Below are positions 1 through 12,297 of a stretch of 64,000 nt of DNA, piece after piece. The position numbers were made by a program, and so were the translations under genes. The DNA lies in the NCBI RefSeq assembly GCF_006345805.1, contig NC_043000.1, forward strand, positions 112,468,001 through 112,532,000, given 5' to 3'. The notes beneath the pieces were generated by a model. It ran no database searches. It was given only the letters and a program-made list of their open reading frames with translations, and had not been told where the DNA came from. Each line of letters starts with the position of its first letter. The first letter of the stretch is position 1. The stretch comes from Octopus sinensis. Taxonomy: Eukaryota.

Positions 1-165
1 GCACCACACCTCTTCTATATACAGACATGTCATGAAAGTCTTCAAATACAATAACATCTTAGTATCTGTGATGACCTCCAAAGTGACCTTGTATAGAGAA
101 CTTGTCTAAGACTCCTCTTCAGACCTTGAAAATCCTTATTCTCTGATTAAATGTTTCCACTTTAG

Positions 166-327
166 AAAGCTCATGTAAATTCTGCATTGAAAAATTGCTC
201 TCGTGTTTGGGATGGTACTAGTTCTATACTCCTAGGTGTCCTTGACCACATCCTGACCAAGGTCATTCAACTGATCAGCAAACACTCAGCCCTTCTTTTA
301 CAGATTGACTGTTTTCCTTATTTTTAA
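166..327 (+). mobile_element. Degraded LINE RT C-terminal remnant (CR1/L2/Jockey group)
   Basis: Translates to KAHVNSALKNCSRVWDGTSSILLGVLDHILTKVIQLI, similar to the YKxxVRPxLEYCSxVW...LDxVQxKAxRLI pattern. Confidence 0.45.
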
Positions 328-2678
328 TCCATGCCTACTGTGACCCCTGTCTTGGAAGCTGCGTCTGATAGGCTCTGGATTGGGAGTTGCAGCTATAGGT
401 TAAACTTGTAACCACCCCAGCCAGGGTACACTGAAGTTATGGGATGCAGTATGGGAGGCGTGAACTATTCTGACAAATGAATTTTATTGACCCAATGGGC
501 AAATACCACTTGATGCTGACTGGATGAACAGACAGCAAATTACCAACATCCAAGATGAACTAGTTGCGTTAAGTGGACTACTACCATCATTTGTAGTCAT
601 TGTGTGCACAGATGTGGTCTTTCATTCAGCAAAAGACCAATGTGGCTAAAACCGAGGCCAGATATTCATGCCATGTTGTTCACTTGGGACACCTGGCATG
701 GAAGAATTGTATTAGATTGTGCAAGTCACTTGAACCAACGATGACAATGGCCTCTCTTCTTTGAAACTAGTAACCTGTCTACTTCTCCCTGCTCAAACTC
801 ATTCGATTTAGTTGTCTCTCTTATATTCACGTTCTATACAATTCTCACTCTGTCAAAGGTATGAGACGTTTTGGCGCCACTTATTTGGCATTGCCGCTTT
901 AATGTTTTTCTTTTAATGTCTCTGTCTGTCATTCTGTTTATCTGTGTGAACATCTAGTTAGGTTTATATGTATGTGTAATGTCTCCCTTTTTCTCTCTCT
1001 CTCTCTGCACACATGCATGTGTATGTGTATACCCCCAGTGCCTAAAAAAACCTACTATTGCCTAAACAGGCTGAATGTCCAGTCAGCCATACCAGATCAT
1101 CAACGTCCAAACATCCATACCCAATCATCTCATTCTGTCCTGTCAAACCTCATTATTAAGCATTCTTCCCAATCCTGGTCTGCAGCTCTCGGGAACATCT
1201 TCTCAGGCCATGTTTATCTAAATTCATGATACAACAGACATGTAAGTTAACTCATGAACCGCATTGACTTCACTAGTCTGGGAAAATCTATGAAGGTCAT
1301 GGCAAACTTCCTTCTGCTCTCCAAAGCTAATTAAGAGAAAATTCTCCCTAATCTGTGTCTAATCTAAATTACTACAATTTAGTGCAATTATTGTCGTTGT
1401 TGTTGGTGGTCTCCTCAATCAGCTCTGGTTAAATAGAAGACATTTAATATGGGCGTGGTCAGCCGAATATGTGATGCTGACCCACAAATACAAAATACTA
1501 GACGACCTAAGTTGTCTCTCATTCAGTGACTGATATGTATTTCACTTCCTGATAGAGAGGAAATATTCAGTCAACCTTGGCTTGAATTGAACCTGCAGCT
1601 GTGACATGCAATTTATGTTGCATAATTTAGACTTAACCACTAATCTATCATCATCATCCTAGCTTAAAATCTACGGCATTGGATTAATCTGTTGAACTTG
1701 ATTCCTTGGTGACCTCACTAGTGCGGGTGCCGTGAGAAGAGAACTCAGTACATTTTGTCATGTGCTTTGTTTAACGAGAGAAGGACATCTGGTTGCTAAA
1801 GCAAGCATTGGAAACCAATACAACCATGGCTTAATTGGATCCTATTGAATCATCCCACCCATGCCATCATGGAATATGGACGTTAAACAGCAATAATGAT
1901 GTTGGTGGTGACTGTCTTGGTCAGCTGTTCTTTTTTATGTCCATTTTTTCCATGCTAGCATGAGTTAAATGGATATATTATTAAGGTTTTTCAAATAAGG
2001 AATATCTTATTCCAAACCTGTTGACAGAGTAAATGAAAGCAACATCACTGGTCATAGCTTGGCCATTTTACCATTTTTGCTGGAGTGCAGATTTAATCAA
2101 GTACCCCACCTCCTCATATGAGCATGCACACACACACACACGATGGGCTTCTTTCAGTTTCCATTCACTCATCTATTCAGAAAGGTTTGGTCAGTCCAGG
2201 GTTGCAGACTTAATCACGTAGCTGTGTGACCAGTCTTTCATTTCTTGGACGGGGGACTTGCAATGAATCAAGGTTCCAACGTTGAATCAGAGAAGAACTG
2301 TTTCATTCCTTGTTAAAACATTTGAAACAATTTTTCTGCTTCTGTCTTCTGAGTTGTTTCAAAACTTTTCTTTCTCCTGGTTAGTCTCATGTCCTTGCCT
2401 TGATATTCACTGTCTGCTGTTGATATTGTTGTTGTTGTTGTAGTTTGTTACTGGTTGATATTTAGACATATATGCACCCTCTGGAGCTGTGTCATTTACA
2501 GGATGGCAACAAAACAATTCTGACATGATTTACCCAAATTACAAGGTTGTGGGACTATGAAGCTTGCTTTGTGACCTACACAGACACACACACACAGACA
2601 CAGACACACACACAGACACACACACACACTACAGAGGTGCACATATCTGTTAGTGTAAGATGATAAATGTGTATAAGT

Positions 2679-3073
2679 GCAGGAGTGGCTGTGTGGTAAG
2701 TAGCTTGTTTACCAACCACATGGTTCCAGGTTCAGTCTCACTGCATGGCACTTTGGGCAAATGTCTTCTACTATAGCCTCGGGCCGACCAGAGCCTTGTG
2801 AGTGGATTTGGTAGATGTAAACTGAAAGAAGCCTGTCATATATTATGTGTGTGTATATATATATATGTATGTATGTGTGTCTGTGTTTGTCCCCCAACAT
2901 CGCTTGACAACCGATGCTGGTGTGTTTACGTCCCTGTAACTTATCTGTTCGGCAAAAGAGACTGATAAAATAAGTAATAGGCTTCCAAAGAATAAGTCTT
3001 GTGGTCAATTTGCTTGACTAAAGGCTGTGCTTCAGCATGGCCGCAGTCAAATGACTGAAACAAGTAAAAGAGT
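2679..3073 (+). mobile_element. tRNA-derived SINE, family B (head gcaggagtggctgtgtggtaag), internal (TA/TG)n
   Basis: A/B-box-like head. Near-identical copies at 4789-5208 (+), 44925-45355 (-) and 63456-64000 (+); partial copies at 19252-19385, 21600-21790 and 37560-37880. Confidence 0.85.
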
Positions 3074-3489
3074 ATATGCTGTGTGTATAAGGTGTAGGTT
3101 CTTTTTATAGCCTATAAGCTTATGGTTAACTCATTACGGAACTTTCAATGGAATTCCTATACTTCTACAGGTAGTTTCTTGCCAGTAATGTCTCCTTCAC
3201 TGGATTTAAAGGCAAGAGCTGTATAATGGAGCTTCAACGCAACCCTTGTCTTAATCTTGCTTCAAGACGGTTCCCACTGTCAGCTTCAAGCACCTTTTAT
3301 ATGTTTTCTCTGATGGAATGCTACATAGATAGCAGGGTAACACACACTGTTGTGGTTTGCCCTGTTTTACTTGTTACAAGTAAAAGGTTGTAGTTCTCTG
3401 CAACAATCTGCTGTTGATTTTGCTCGGTTAAAATCTGCTTTAATTAAATATTTATATATTGGAATAATTCAAGAATGGATTGGAGTGAA

Positions 3490-3798
3490 TGATGGGGTTG
3501 CAGACTGCCAAAAGTACAAGTTCCGTTGGGCTGGACATGTCACAAGGTTCCCAGACAGCAGGTGGGCCCATGTACTTGCTGAGTGGTATCCAAGAAAATG
3601 TAAAAGGCCACCACAATGATGGGAAGATGATTGAGTTTAGCAATTTGGATCAAGATGGCAAAGAATGGCACAATCAAGACAGAATTGGATGTGCATTAGG
3701 ACCAGCATCTGAGGGTCTGGCTGATACTGTGGCATTTTATTTTATACCGTCCAACCCATGCTAACATGGAAAACGGACGTTAAACGATGATGATGACA
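3490..3798 (+). mobile_element. RTE-clade LINE 3' remnant followed by the shared ...catgctagcatggaaaacggacgttaaacgatgatg tail
   Basis: KYKFRWAGHVTRFPDSRWAHVLAEWYPRKCKRP matches the RTE RT C-terminal RWAGHV-x-R motif; broken by a stop. Confidence 0.8.
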
Positions 3799-3832
3799 TT
3801 TTGGGTCGTTATAAACAAATTTTATAAATTAA

Positions 3833-4140
3833 TACAGTTCTGTATTTAAGAGATGAGGAATTATGTATATTATTTACATTAGACGGATACTTGTCCTCAT
3901 CTTGTTTGTTGTTAACATTTTGGCTGATATACCCTCCAGCCTTCATTAGGTGTTCTCATTCCTAAGCTATTTTACAATGTTATTATTATTATAACATCGA
4001 AAAATACCTTAGGAATGAGAACCCAGGTTTGAAATTTCCCCAGAACACCTGATGAAGGCTGGGTGGTATATCAGCCAAAACATTGTGTTAACAACAAACA
4101 AGATGAGGACAAATATCCGTCAAATGTAAATAATGTAAAT
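3833..4140. mobile_element. Inverted pair of Penelope-like terminal repeat fragments, each with a decayed hammerhead core
   Basis: Left arm is the reverse complement of the right arm around about 3990. Same family at 31330-31520 and 51440-51590. Confidence 0.7.
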
Positions 4141-4618
4141 GTTTATAAATTATTCCGCAAGAAGCGAGACAGTGGTAAGAATAATGTAGTTAATGCTATG
4201 ACTAAACACCTGTCGATGAGCAAACCTCTACAGAGGCAAAATGTAAGTGCAGAAGGAAATAACAGCCCCTAATTGAAAATCTGTCAGTCAATATCTACTG
4301 GGAAATGTAGGCAGGGAAGACACCAAGGGCCTGTTTTGAATGCATGCACTAGAAGCTTACGGTACCCAAGGGCCATATGGCAATGTATTAAGCTAAACAG
4401 GCATGTGTACATGATCAAGAAATCCACTTTGCATGCACATGGTTTTGGGTTCTCTCACACAGTGTGGCACCTTGAGTAAGAGTCTTGTGTTATAGCAGGG
4501 GACTCAACAATGCCTTGTGAGTGAATTTGGTGGATGGAAATTGTTTGGAAGCCTATTATTTATAACATTATCAAAGCTTTGATGAGTGGATTTGATGGAC
4601 AGAAGCTGAAATAGACCC

Positions 4619-4659
<41 letters not shown>

Positions 4660-4788
4660 ATTCCTCCCCCCCCACCACTTGATAACCGGTGTTGGTGTGT
4701 TTACATCCCTCTAACTTAGCAGTTTGACAAAAGAGCCTGACAGAATGAGTACTTAAAAAATGACTTGAAAAACAAAAAAAAATAGTCA

Positions 4789-4944
4789 CAGGAGTGGCTG
4801 TGTGGTAAGTAGCTTGTTTACGAACCACATGGTTCTGGGTTCATTCCCACTGCGTGGCACCTTGGGCAAGTGTCTTCTAATGTAGCCTCGGGCCGACCAA
4901 AGCCTTGTGAGTGGATTTGGTACAGGGAAACTGAAAGAAGCCCG

Positions 4945-5001
<57 letters not shown>

Positions 5002-5208
5002 CGTATGTATATGTTGTGTCTGTTCCCCCCCCATGGCTTGACAACCGATGCTGGTGTGTTTACGTTCCCGTAACTTAGCAGTTTGGCAAAAGAGACCGAT
5101 AGAACAAGTACTTGGCTTACGAAGAATAAGTCCTGGGGTTGTTTTGCTCGACTAAAGACTGTGCTCCAGCATGGCCACAGTTAAATGACTGAAACAAGTA
5201 AAAGAGTA
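4789..5208 (+). mobile_element. SINE family B, full length
   Basis: Colinear with 2679-3073; internal (TA)n. Confidence 0.85.
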
Positions 5209-5598
5209 CAGTGGTGAGTCTGTTTGACTAAAAAAATTCTTCAAGATGGTGCCCCAGCCTGGCCGCAGTCTAATGACTGAAATGAGCGAAAGAATAAAAT
5301 TGCGAGTCCCCCCACCCCTACCCCCCACTCTTTGGTAAATAATTAAATCCACAAAGCTTCGAGGTAAATTTATAGCTTTAGTGACAACTTGCGAATCTTT
5401 GTGAAGTTAGCATTGTTTCTGTCCCGCCTTAGAAATTAAAGCAAATATACATTGGCACAGTTTTTATCAGATTTGGAATGTTCAACGATAAATCTGTGTT
5501 TACAGATAGAGATTATCTGGCACTCTTGACTCTAAAATGTGAGCAAAGTTTCACTCTGTGTGTGTGTGTTTATTGCAGAGTGGGGCAAGGTATGAAGG

Positions 5599-5905
5599 AA
5601 GGCGGTGAGCTGGCAGAAACTTTAGCACGCCAGGCGAGATGCTCAGCAGTATTTTGTCTATCGCTATGAAAGACGGCGAGCTGGCAGAAATGTTAGCACA
5701 CTGGGTGACATGCCTAGTTGTATTTTGTCTGCCGCTACGTTCTGAGTTCAAATTCTGCCGAGGTCGACTTTACCTTTCATCCTTTCGGTGTCTATTAAAT
5801 AAGTACCAGTTACGCACTGGGGTCGATATAATCGACTTAATCCATTTATCTGTCCTTGTTTGTCCTGTCTGTGTTTAGCCCCTTGTGGGTAGTAAAGAAA
5901 TAAGG
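5599..5905 (+). mobile_element. tRNA-derived SINE, family C (ggcggcgagctggcagaaacgttagc), with duplicated head
   Basis: Head occurs at about 5600 and about 5672. Copies at 18725-18960, 45523-45752, 33160-33370, 41780-41960, 56570-56780 and 15310-15482 (-). Confidence 0.8.
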
Positions 5906-6595
5906 TACGAGGGAAGGCTGTGTTGCATGTGAATGTTTTGGGGGTTTTGGAGTGTCAAGAAGTTGTGCTCTGTAAATTCTGAGGGGAAGGTCAGGGAGGT
6001 AGAGACTAAAGTTGGTGGTAGTCAGCGCTATGACAACAGCAGAATAGTGTGGAGACTTCTTGTCAAATATGTAATTGTAATAAGAAGGATATGGGAAGTG
6101 TAAGACCCCTCTACCGCCACCACTACAACCAGCACTACCACCACTGTCACCAAGTTTGACCATAAAAATGGGTTAATTATTCAAGTCGGCGATTTCAGTT
6201 AATCATGCTATTTCCTTTTATGTCAAACCCAGGTACCTATTTCACTCGCTAAATCTTCTAATATGTCTGCTAGGGGTGGTGTGTAAAACTTTAACACTGA
6301 ATAATGTGTGTGTGTGTGTGTCTTCTGGCCAGACCTCTCACAGGTGTACAGGTGTCTGCTATCAAAACAGTGTTGGCCCGATGTCATATCCTGCATTTTG
6401 CAAGCAATAGCATTGCCATTGTTTACTGGTTTCCAGTGCACTAATTACAGGTTATCTGTAGATAGCAACAATGATAAGGGGTTGTTTGTGTAATTTGGGC
6501 AGAACAAACAACAAGGTACTTTTGACAACACTAGTTTAATTGGTTATTTTCTCACCAATATATTTTTTGCTCTCTCATACATATACGCATGCACA

Positions 6596-6853
6596 TCAGC
6601 ATCGCCTTACTGGCACCTGTGTCGGTGGCATGTGTAAAGGATTCGAGTGAGGTCATTGCCAGTACCGCCTGACTGGCCCCGTGCCGGTGGCATGTAAAAA
6701 GCACCCACTACACTCTCGGAGTGGTTGGCGTTAGGAAGGGCATCCAGCTATAGAAACTCTGCCAGATCAAGATTGAGGCCTGGTGCAGCCATCTGGTTCG
6801 CCAGCCCTCAGTCAATCGTCCAACCCATGCTAGCATGGAATGCGGACATTGAA
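6596..6853 (+). mobile_element. VNTR-containing SINE-like element with RTE-type tail
   Basis: Internal gtgccggtggca..taaaaagcacc units, then actacactctcggagtggttggcgttaggaagggcatccagc core and ccaacccatgctagcatgg tail. Confidence 0.8.
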
Positions 6854-7549
6854 AGGAACATAATATATATATATAAATGCCTAACTGTTTCCTCAGAAGT
6901 AGTAAGTTTCTTTGCCTTAGGAGACCAAATGCGATGTAGAAAGCTGTTATTGAAGCATAATAGCCTACCCAGAATAAGGATGATATGGTAAATGGTTAAT
7001 GGAATTATTACTGCTACTGGTAACAGATGCACTCTCTGCTTATGCAAAGGGCAGTTTATATAATATTTGTGGATTAAGATATTGCATAAGGGGGAAAAAA
7101 TAAGAATTGAATATGAAAAATGTGTGATAGGTGGAAAGAAATGAGATAAGTAGGTTTCCTTTGTCATAATCATCATCATTTTAACGACCACTTTTCCATG
7201 CTTGCATGGGTTGGATGGAATTTGTTAAGGTGGATTTTGTATGGCTGGATGCCCTTCCTGTCACCAACCCCCCACCAGTAAGGTAGTATTCCTTCATGAC
7301 AAGATATCTTTCTTTGAAAGATTGGAAATGAAGGATTCTGCTTCAATGATGGCGGCACTCATTTACTGCCGTCACGTGAATCCAAGGCAAACTGATAACA
7401 CACACACACACACAGATATATATACGATGGGCTTCTTTCAGTTTCCATCTACTAAGTTCACTCACAAGGCTTTAGTTGACCTGGGGCTATTGTGAAAGAC
7501 ATGCTGTGAAAGTGAGCCTGAAGCGAAGTCTGCCCCTAGATATGCAATG

Positions 7550-7850
7550 TTAGTATGTATGAGGGATGGAGCACAATTGAGCTGATGGGGATGTAAAAAG
7601 GGATATAAGGGCCGGCAGCGGATGTGGTGTGTAAAGGTGGGGCTGGTATATGTCGGTCTGGAAATTGATAGTTAGGTGAAGAAATGGAAGAAACATGCAG
7701 TTGATGACGATATGGGAAGAAATGGTGGAGGCTGATCTCAAGAGGATAAGATTTCTATCTAGATTAAAGGCCACTCCAATGAGTGGAGAGACTTGCTGAA
7801 GAAGACTTGTGCAATCTGGAGCTAGCATGGGGAAACAGATGTGAAATAAC
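7550..7850 (+). mobile_element. Degraded RTE LINE 3' end
   Basis: TIWEEMVEADLKRI followed by ...gctagcatggggaaacagatgtgaaa, the tail shared with the VNTR-SINE family. Confidence 0.55.
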
Positions 7851-8911
7851 AAAACACACACATGCACATGCATGTATACACACACACACACACACACACA
7901 CAGTTGTCCAAAGATGATGACTCACCCCTTGGCTACTTGGTTTGCTGCCCATTGCATTCCTTCAGGTTGTGGGGAAACAAGCAAATAAAATGTTCGATTA
8001 AATGCAATGAATGGCTACTAATTCATTTGGTCACAATGAATTGTGTGTCCCAGGCTGGAGTTGATCTCTTTTTCATGTCTCTTTCCTCTCATATTTCTCC
8101 ACTGTTTCTGCTGTTCTAGCCTTGGGTCATCTCTGATTGAGCAGAACAGACCTTTCGTTTGCAGGTCATTGGGTGAATGACTGACCAACAAATCTATTCT
8201 AGATATCCTTCTGTCCAGCTGCTGACCCCTCTAACATGCAGTGCAACACTTAGAAGTACTGCTGTTGTTGTTGTTAAGCAACAAGATGGGTAAGGGTGAT
8301 TAGGTAATGGTCTAGGGCTTAGGGGCGGGAGACCCCATACCTTGGAAAAAAAAACTTTGGTCGTCTTGTGTGTAGTCGAGGGCTCTTCGTTGACACCCAA
8401 CACCACTGGGAGGTGGCCCTCGGAGTCGCTGGAAATGGAGATCTCCAAGTTCAAATTCTTGAACGGCCTCAATAGTGTCGTGAGAACTGTACTTTCAACT
8501 TTTATCTTTCTTGTGCAGTTTTCCAAGAACTACCATCATACCTAACATGAATCCGTTTTCCTCAGATTTCAAATAATTAACAAAATTCATCTAACCTTGT
8601 TGTATTGCTCTGAAAATTTCCACAACCCATCATTTTACAGTGTTTTTTCTTATTCTAAATTTCGGCAAAATTATTTTACTTTCCAGGTTTTTCCAGTATT
8701 CTTCAAACCCTGTCTAGGAAAGGATTTTACATCAGTGATTATGAAGGTCAAGTTATAACAGAATCTGTTTTATTACAAACTTCTCCCTTTAAAGTGGTAA
8801 GTTACCTTAACCCTAACTCTGGCATGTTTGGTAAATGTATTTAGTGCCTGTTGACTCACGGTTCACATTGATTTCAAATTTTGGTACAAGGCCAACAATT
8901 TCAGAGAAGGG

Positions 8912-9105
8912 CCGTTGCCAGCCTTGCCTGGCATGTAAAAGGCACCCACTACACTCATGGAGTGGTTGGCGTTAGGAAGGACATCCAGCTGTAGAAACAC
9001 TGCCGGATCAGATTGAAGCCTGGTGCAGCCTTCTGGCTTGCCAGACCCCAGTTGAACCGTCCAACCCATGCTAGCATGGAAAATGCATGTTAAACGATGA
9101 TGATG
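8912..9105 (+). mobile_element. VNTR-SINE, short copy
   Basis: Same core and (gat)n tail as the other copies. Confidence 0.75.
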
Positions 9106-9349
9106 GGTTAAGTTGATCCTAGAGTTTGAATGACACTTATTTTATTGACCTTGAAAGGGTAAAAAGCAGAGTCAGCCTTGGTAGAATTTGAACTCAGAAC
9201 ATAAAGATGGATGATATATTGCTAAGCATTTTCCTCAGCATGCTAATGATTCTACCAACTGGCTGCCTTCTATTAATTCACTGTTAACGTTGTCACCAGT
9301 TCTTAGCCCTTTTGTCTGCTTGTGATCTAAGTAACATTCATTTAAGATG

Positions 9350-10110
9350 GCTGATGCCACTGCTGCCTGACTGACTCCTGTGCTGGTGGCATGCAATAAG
9401 CACCATTCATGCATGGTTGTTGCCAGTACAGCCTGACTGGCTCCCTGTGCTGGTGGCATGCAATAAGCACCATTCATGTGTGGGTCGTTGCCAGTAGTGT
9501 CTGACTGGCTCCCTGTGCTGGTGACATGCAATAAGCACCATTCATGTGTGGGTCGTTGCCAGTAGTGTCTGACTGGCTCCCTATGCTGGTGGTATGCAAT
9601 AAGCACCATTCATGCATGGTTGTTGCCAGTAGTGTCTGACTGGCTCCCTGTGCTGGTGGCATGCAATAAGCACCATTCATGTGTGGGTCGTTGCCAGTAG
9701 TGTCTGACTGGTTCCCTGTGCTGGTGGCATGCAATAAGCACCATTCACGTGTGGGTCGTTGCCAGTAGTGTCTGACTGGCTCCCTGTGCTGGTGGAATGC
9801 AATAAGCACCATTCATGTGTGGGTCGTTGCCAGTGCTGCCTGACTAGCTCTCCATGTTTGTGGCATGCAAAAAGCACTATCCAAACATGGTTGATGCCAG
9901 AACCCCCTGCCATGACTGGCTCCTGTGCCGGTGGCACATAAAAAGCATCTACTACACTCTCGGAGTGGTTGGTGTTAGGAAGGGCATCCAGCTGTAGAAA
10001 CTCAGCCAGATTAGATTGGAGCCTGGTGTGGCCTCCTGGCTTGCCAGTTCCCAGTCAAACCATCCAACCCATGCCAGCATGGAAAACGGATGTTAAATGA
10101 TGATGATAAT
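9350..10110 (+). mobile_element. VNTR-SINE with an expanded internal array of 8 x 67-68 bp units plus a terminal unit
   Basis: The caataagcacc anchor occurs at 9394, 9461, 9529, 9597, 9664, 9732 and 9800, with a degenerate copy at 9868. Family core and tail follow. Confidence 0.9.
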
Positions 10111-10573
10111 GACTGTGATGAGGATGATAGAGGGTTGGTCATTAGAGAAACTTGATGCAGAAGTGATTGAAATACCTGTCCAAAATTAACGAGGACTTGA
10201 AAAGGTTTGACTAAACAATGTAGCATTACTATACGTTGGTATGTTTCACAGAGGTGCATCTGGTCTCTGCTGTGATCTTAGAGACAAGGTACAAACTGAA
10301 TTTAATATAAGGTAACACTACCATTTTGATGCTTATGTGTTGAACAGAGGGAAGAATATCTGACTACAAAATCTACAAGTTCTAACGTATATGTTGTTAT
10401 GAAGAAAATGATTTAGCGTTGTAAATATTGTAGCAGATTCAAAACTGAATTGACAAATTACCAAGTGGAGACCATGACTTAGTAACAGTAATTTCATTGG
10501 CTGATTAACTGACCAATCAGCACTGAGACATCAACTTGATCTGAGTAATGCAACTTTCTAGAATCTTCTAGAA

Positions 10574-11117
10574 CAGGGCTACTCAAAGTGGTGGTCTGCA
10601 GACCGGTTCCTGTCTGCGAGCCATTAGCTGCCGGTACGCGGCGAGTTTCCAGAAAAGAAAGAAACATTATAAAATGCTTACATAATACTGTATTATTTGT
10701 TTACAAAATAAATATAAGATAAAAATAAATTGTCAGCTTTTATTATATTCATTATATATTTTAGGTATCTTCAGCTAGCAGGCCATGCTACTCCAGGCTG
10801 ATGATGAGTAAAGGCTCAGAAACATGTCTCTGGATGCAGGCTTAGCTGGATGGGGGTGCTTGTCTCCCCTTTGTAAACATAAGGACACAGGAAATGTGTC
10901 AAGGCCGACAGGAAGCGTTGATGCTTCCTAGGGCTAAATAGCGGTGGTGTAATTCCCTTTATGGGACTGTCACGTTAAGTTGACAGTATACAACTGCATT
11001 ATATATATATTGTTTCTGGTATAAATTAATATCATGAAGAAATTTTTTACTGGTCCCTGGCACATTGGGGGAAAAAAAACTGCCCATATGCCACATCAGA
11101 TAGTTTGAGAAACACTG
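10574..11117. mobile_element. Non-autonomous hAT (Charlie-like) element
   Basis: Ends are cagggctactcaaa...tttgagaaacactg; identical 8-bp TSD ttctagaa at 10566-10573 and 11118-11125. Confidence 0.8.
10792..10834 (+). ncRNA. Type I hammerhead ribozyme candidate
   Basis: Stem I TCCAGG/TCTGGA; CTGATGA at 10798-10804; stem II TGAG/CTCA with loop TAAAGG; GAAA at 10819-10822; palindromic helix III ACATGT; GTC cleavage triplet at 10826-10828. Confidence 0.7.
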
Positions 11118-11691
11118 TTCTAGAACATCTCCTAATGAGGCTCATAAATGGTGATGCTTTGGGCGCCAAAAGTTTTTGGAGTATTGCCACAGTGTGACCT
11201 GCATTCTCATTTTGTGGCATTGGATTCATTCTAATGACTTCTTAGAGTGGTGGACAGCAGTCAGAGTTCTGCAATCATGAATCCAGTGAGATGTTGTCTC
11301 CTGTCATGGCAGTGTATTCATGGAGCCTACTTAACTAATTATTTTCTAATAACTACAGAATTTTCCTTCCGGTATTTAGACTTTGCTGTTGTATTTTTAA
11401 TTCAAGACCAACATGGAGAATATTCTGTGTGGTGAATGGAATAAAGTTTCTCTAAAATTGTTCACAAGTGTTGTTCACTTATACACAGCAACTTATCACG
11501 TAGGTTATAAGAATGAAAGCTATGAGATACTGGTGGGTAATAGGTAACAGTCACACCCTTGTGACTATTCACACACACACAATATGGACCATAAAAAGTC
11601 AGGGGGTATGAGAGGTGAATAAATTTATTGAACCACTTGTTATCCTTGGTTTATGACCATTTCACAGCCTACTCCATGCAATAATAATTTC

Positions 11692-12297
11692 ATTGTCATC
11701 GTCGTTCAATGTCCGCTTTCCATGCTGGCATGGGTTGGACGGTTTGACTGAGGACTGAGAAGCCAGATGGCTGCACCAGGCTCCAATCTGATCTGGCAAA
11801 GTTTCTACAGTTGGATGCCTTTCCTAACGCCAACCACTCTGAGAATGTAGTAAGTGCTTTTTATGTGTGACTGGCATGAGGGCCAGTCAGGCGGTACTGG
11901 TATTCACTATGCTTGAATGGTGCTTTTTATGTGCCTCCAGCATGAGTGCTAGTCAGGCAGTACTGGCATCGACCATGCTGGAATGGTGTTTTTTACGTAC
12001 CACCAATACAGGAGCCAGCCAGGTGGCACAGGCAACAACCATGCTTGAATAGTGCTTTTTACGTGCCTCCGGCACAGGAGCTACTCAAGCAGTACTGGCA
12101 TCGACCACGCTGGAATGGTGCTTTTTACGTGCCACCAACATGGGAGCCAGTCAGGCAGCACTGGCAACAAGCATGCTCCAATTGTGCTTTTTACGTCCCA
12201 CTGGCACAGGAGCCAGTCAGGCGGCACTGGCATCGACCATGCTTGTATGATGCTTTTTACATGCCATTTACATGCACAGGAACCAGTCAGGCCAGTG
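11692..12297 (-). mobile_element. VNTR-SINE with about 7 diverged internal units
   Basis: Reverse-complement tail and core, then repeated gaatggtgctttttacgtgccacc...gagccagtcaggc units. Confidence 0.8.

Noticed and set aside
8194-8545. Overlapping ORFs on both strands (110 aa and 67 aa)
   Set aside because: No recognisable motif; probably old repeat-derived sequence.
9350-9950. CRISPR-like regular array
   Set aside because: Units are whole tandem repeats with no unique spacers, sit inside a eukaryotic retroposon, and no cas genes are present.
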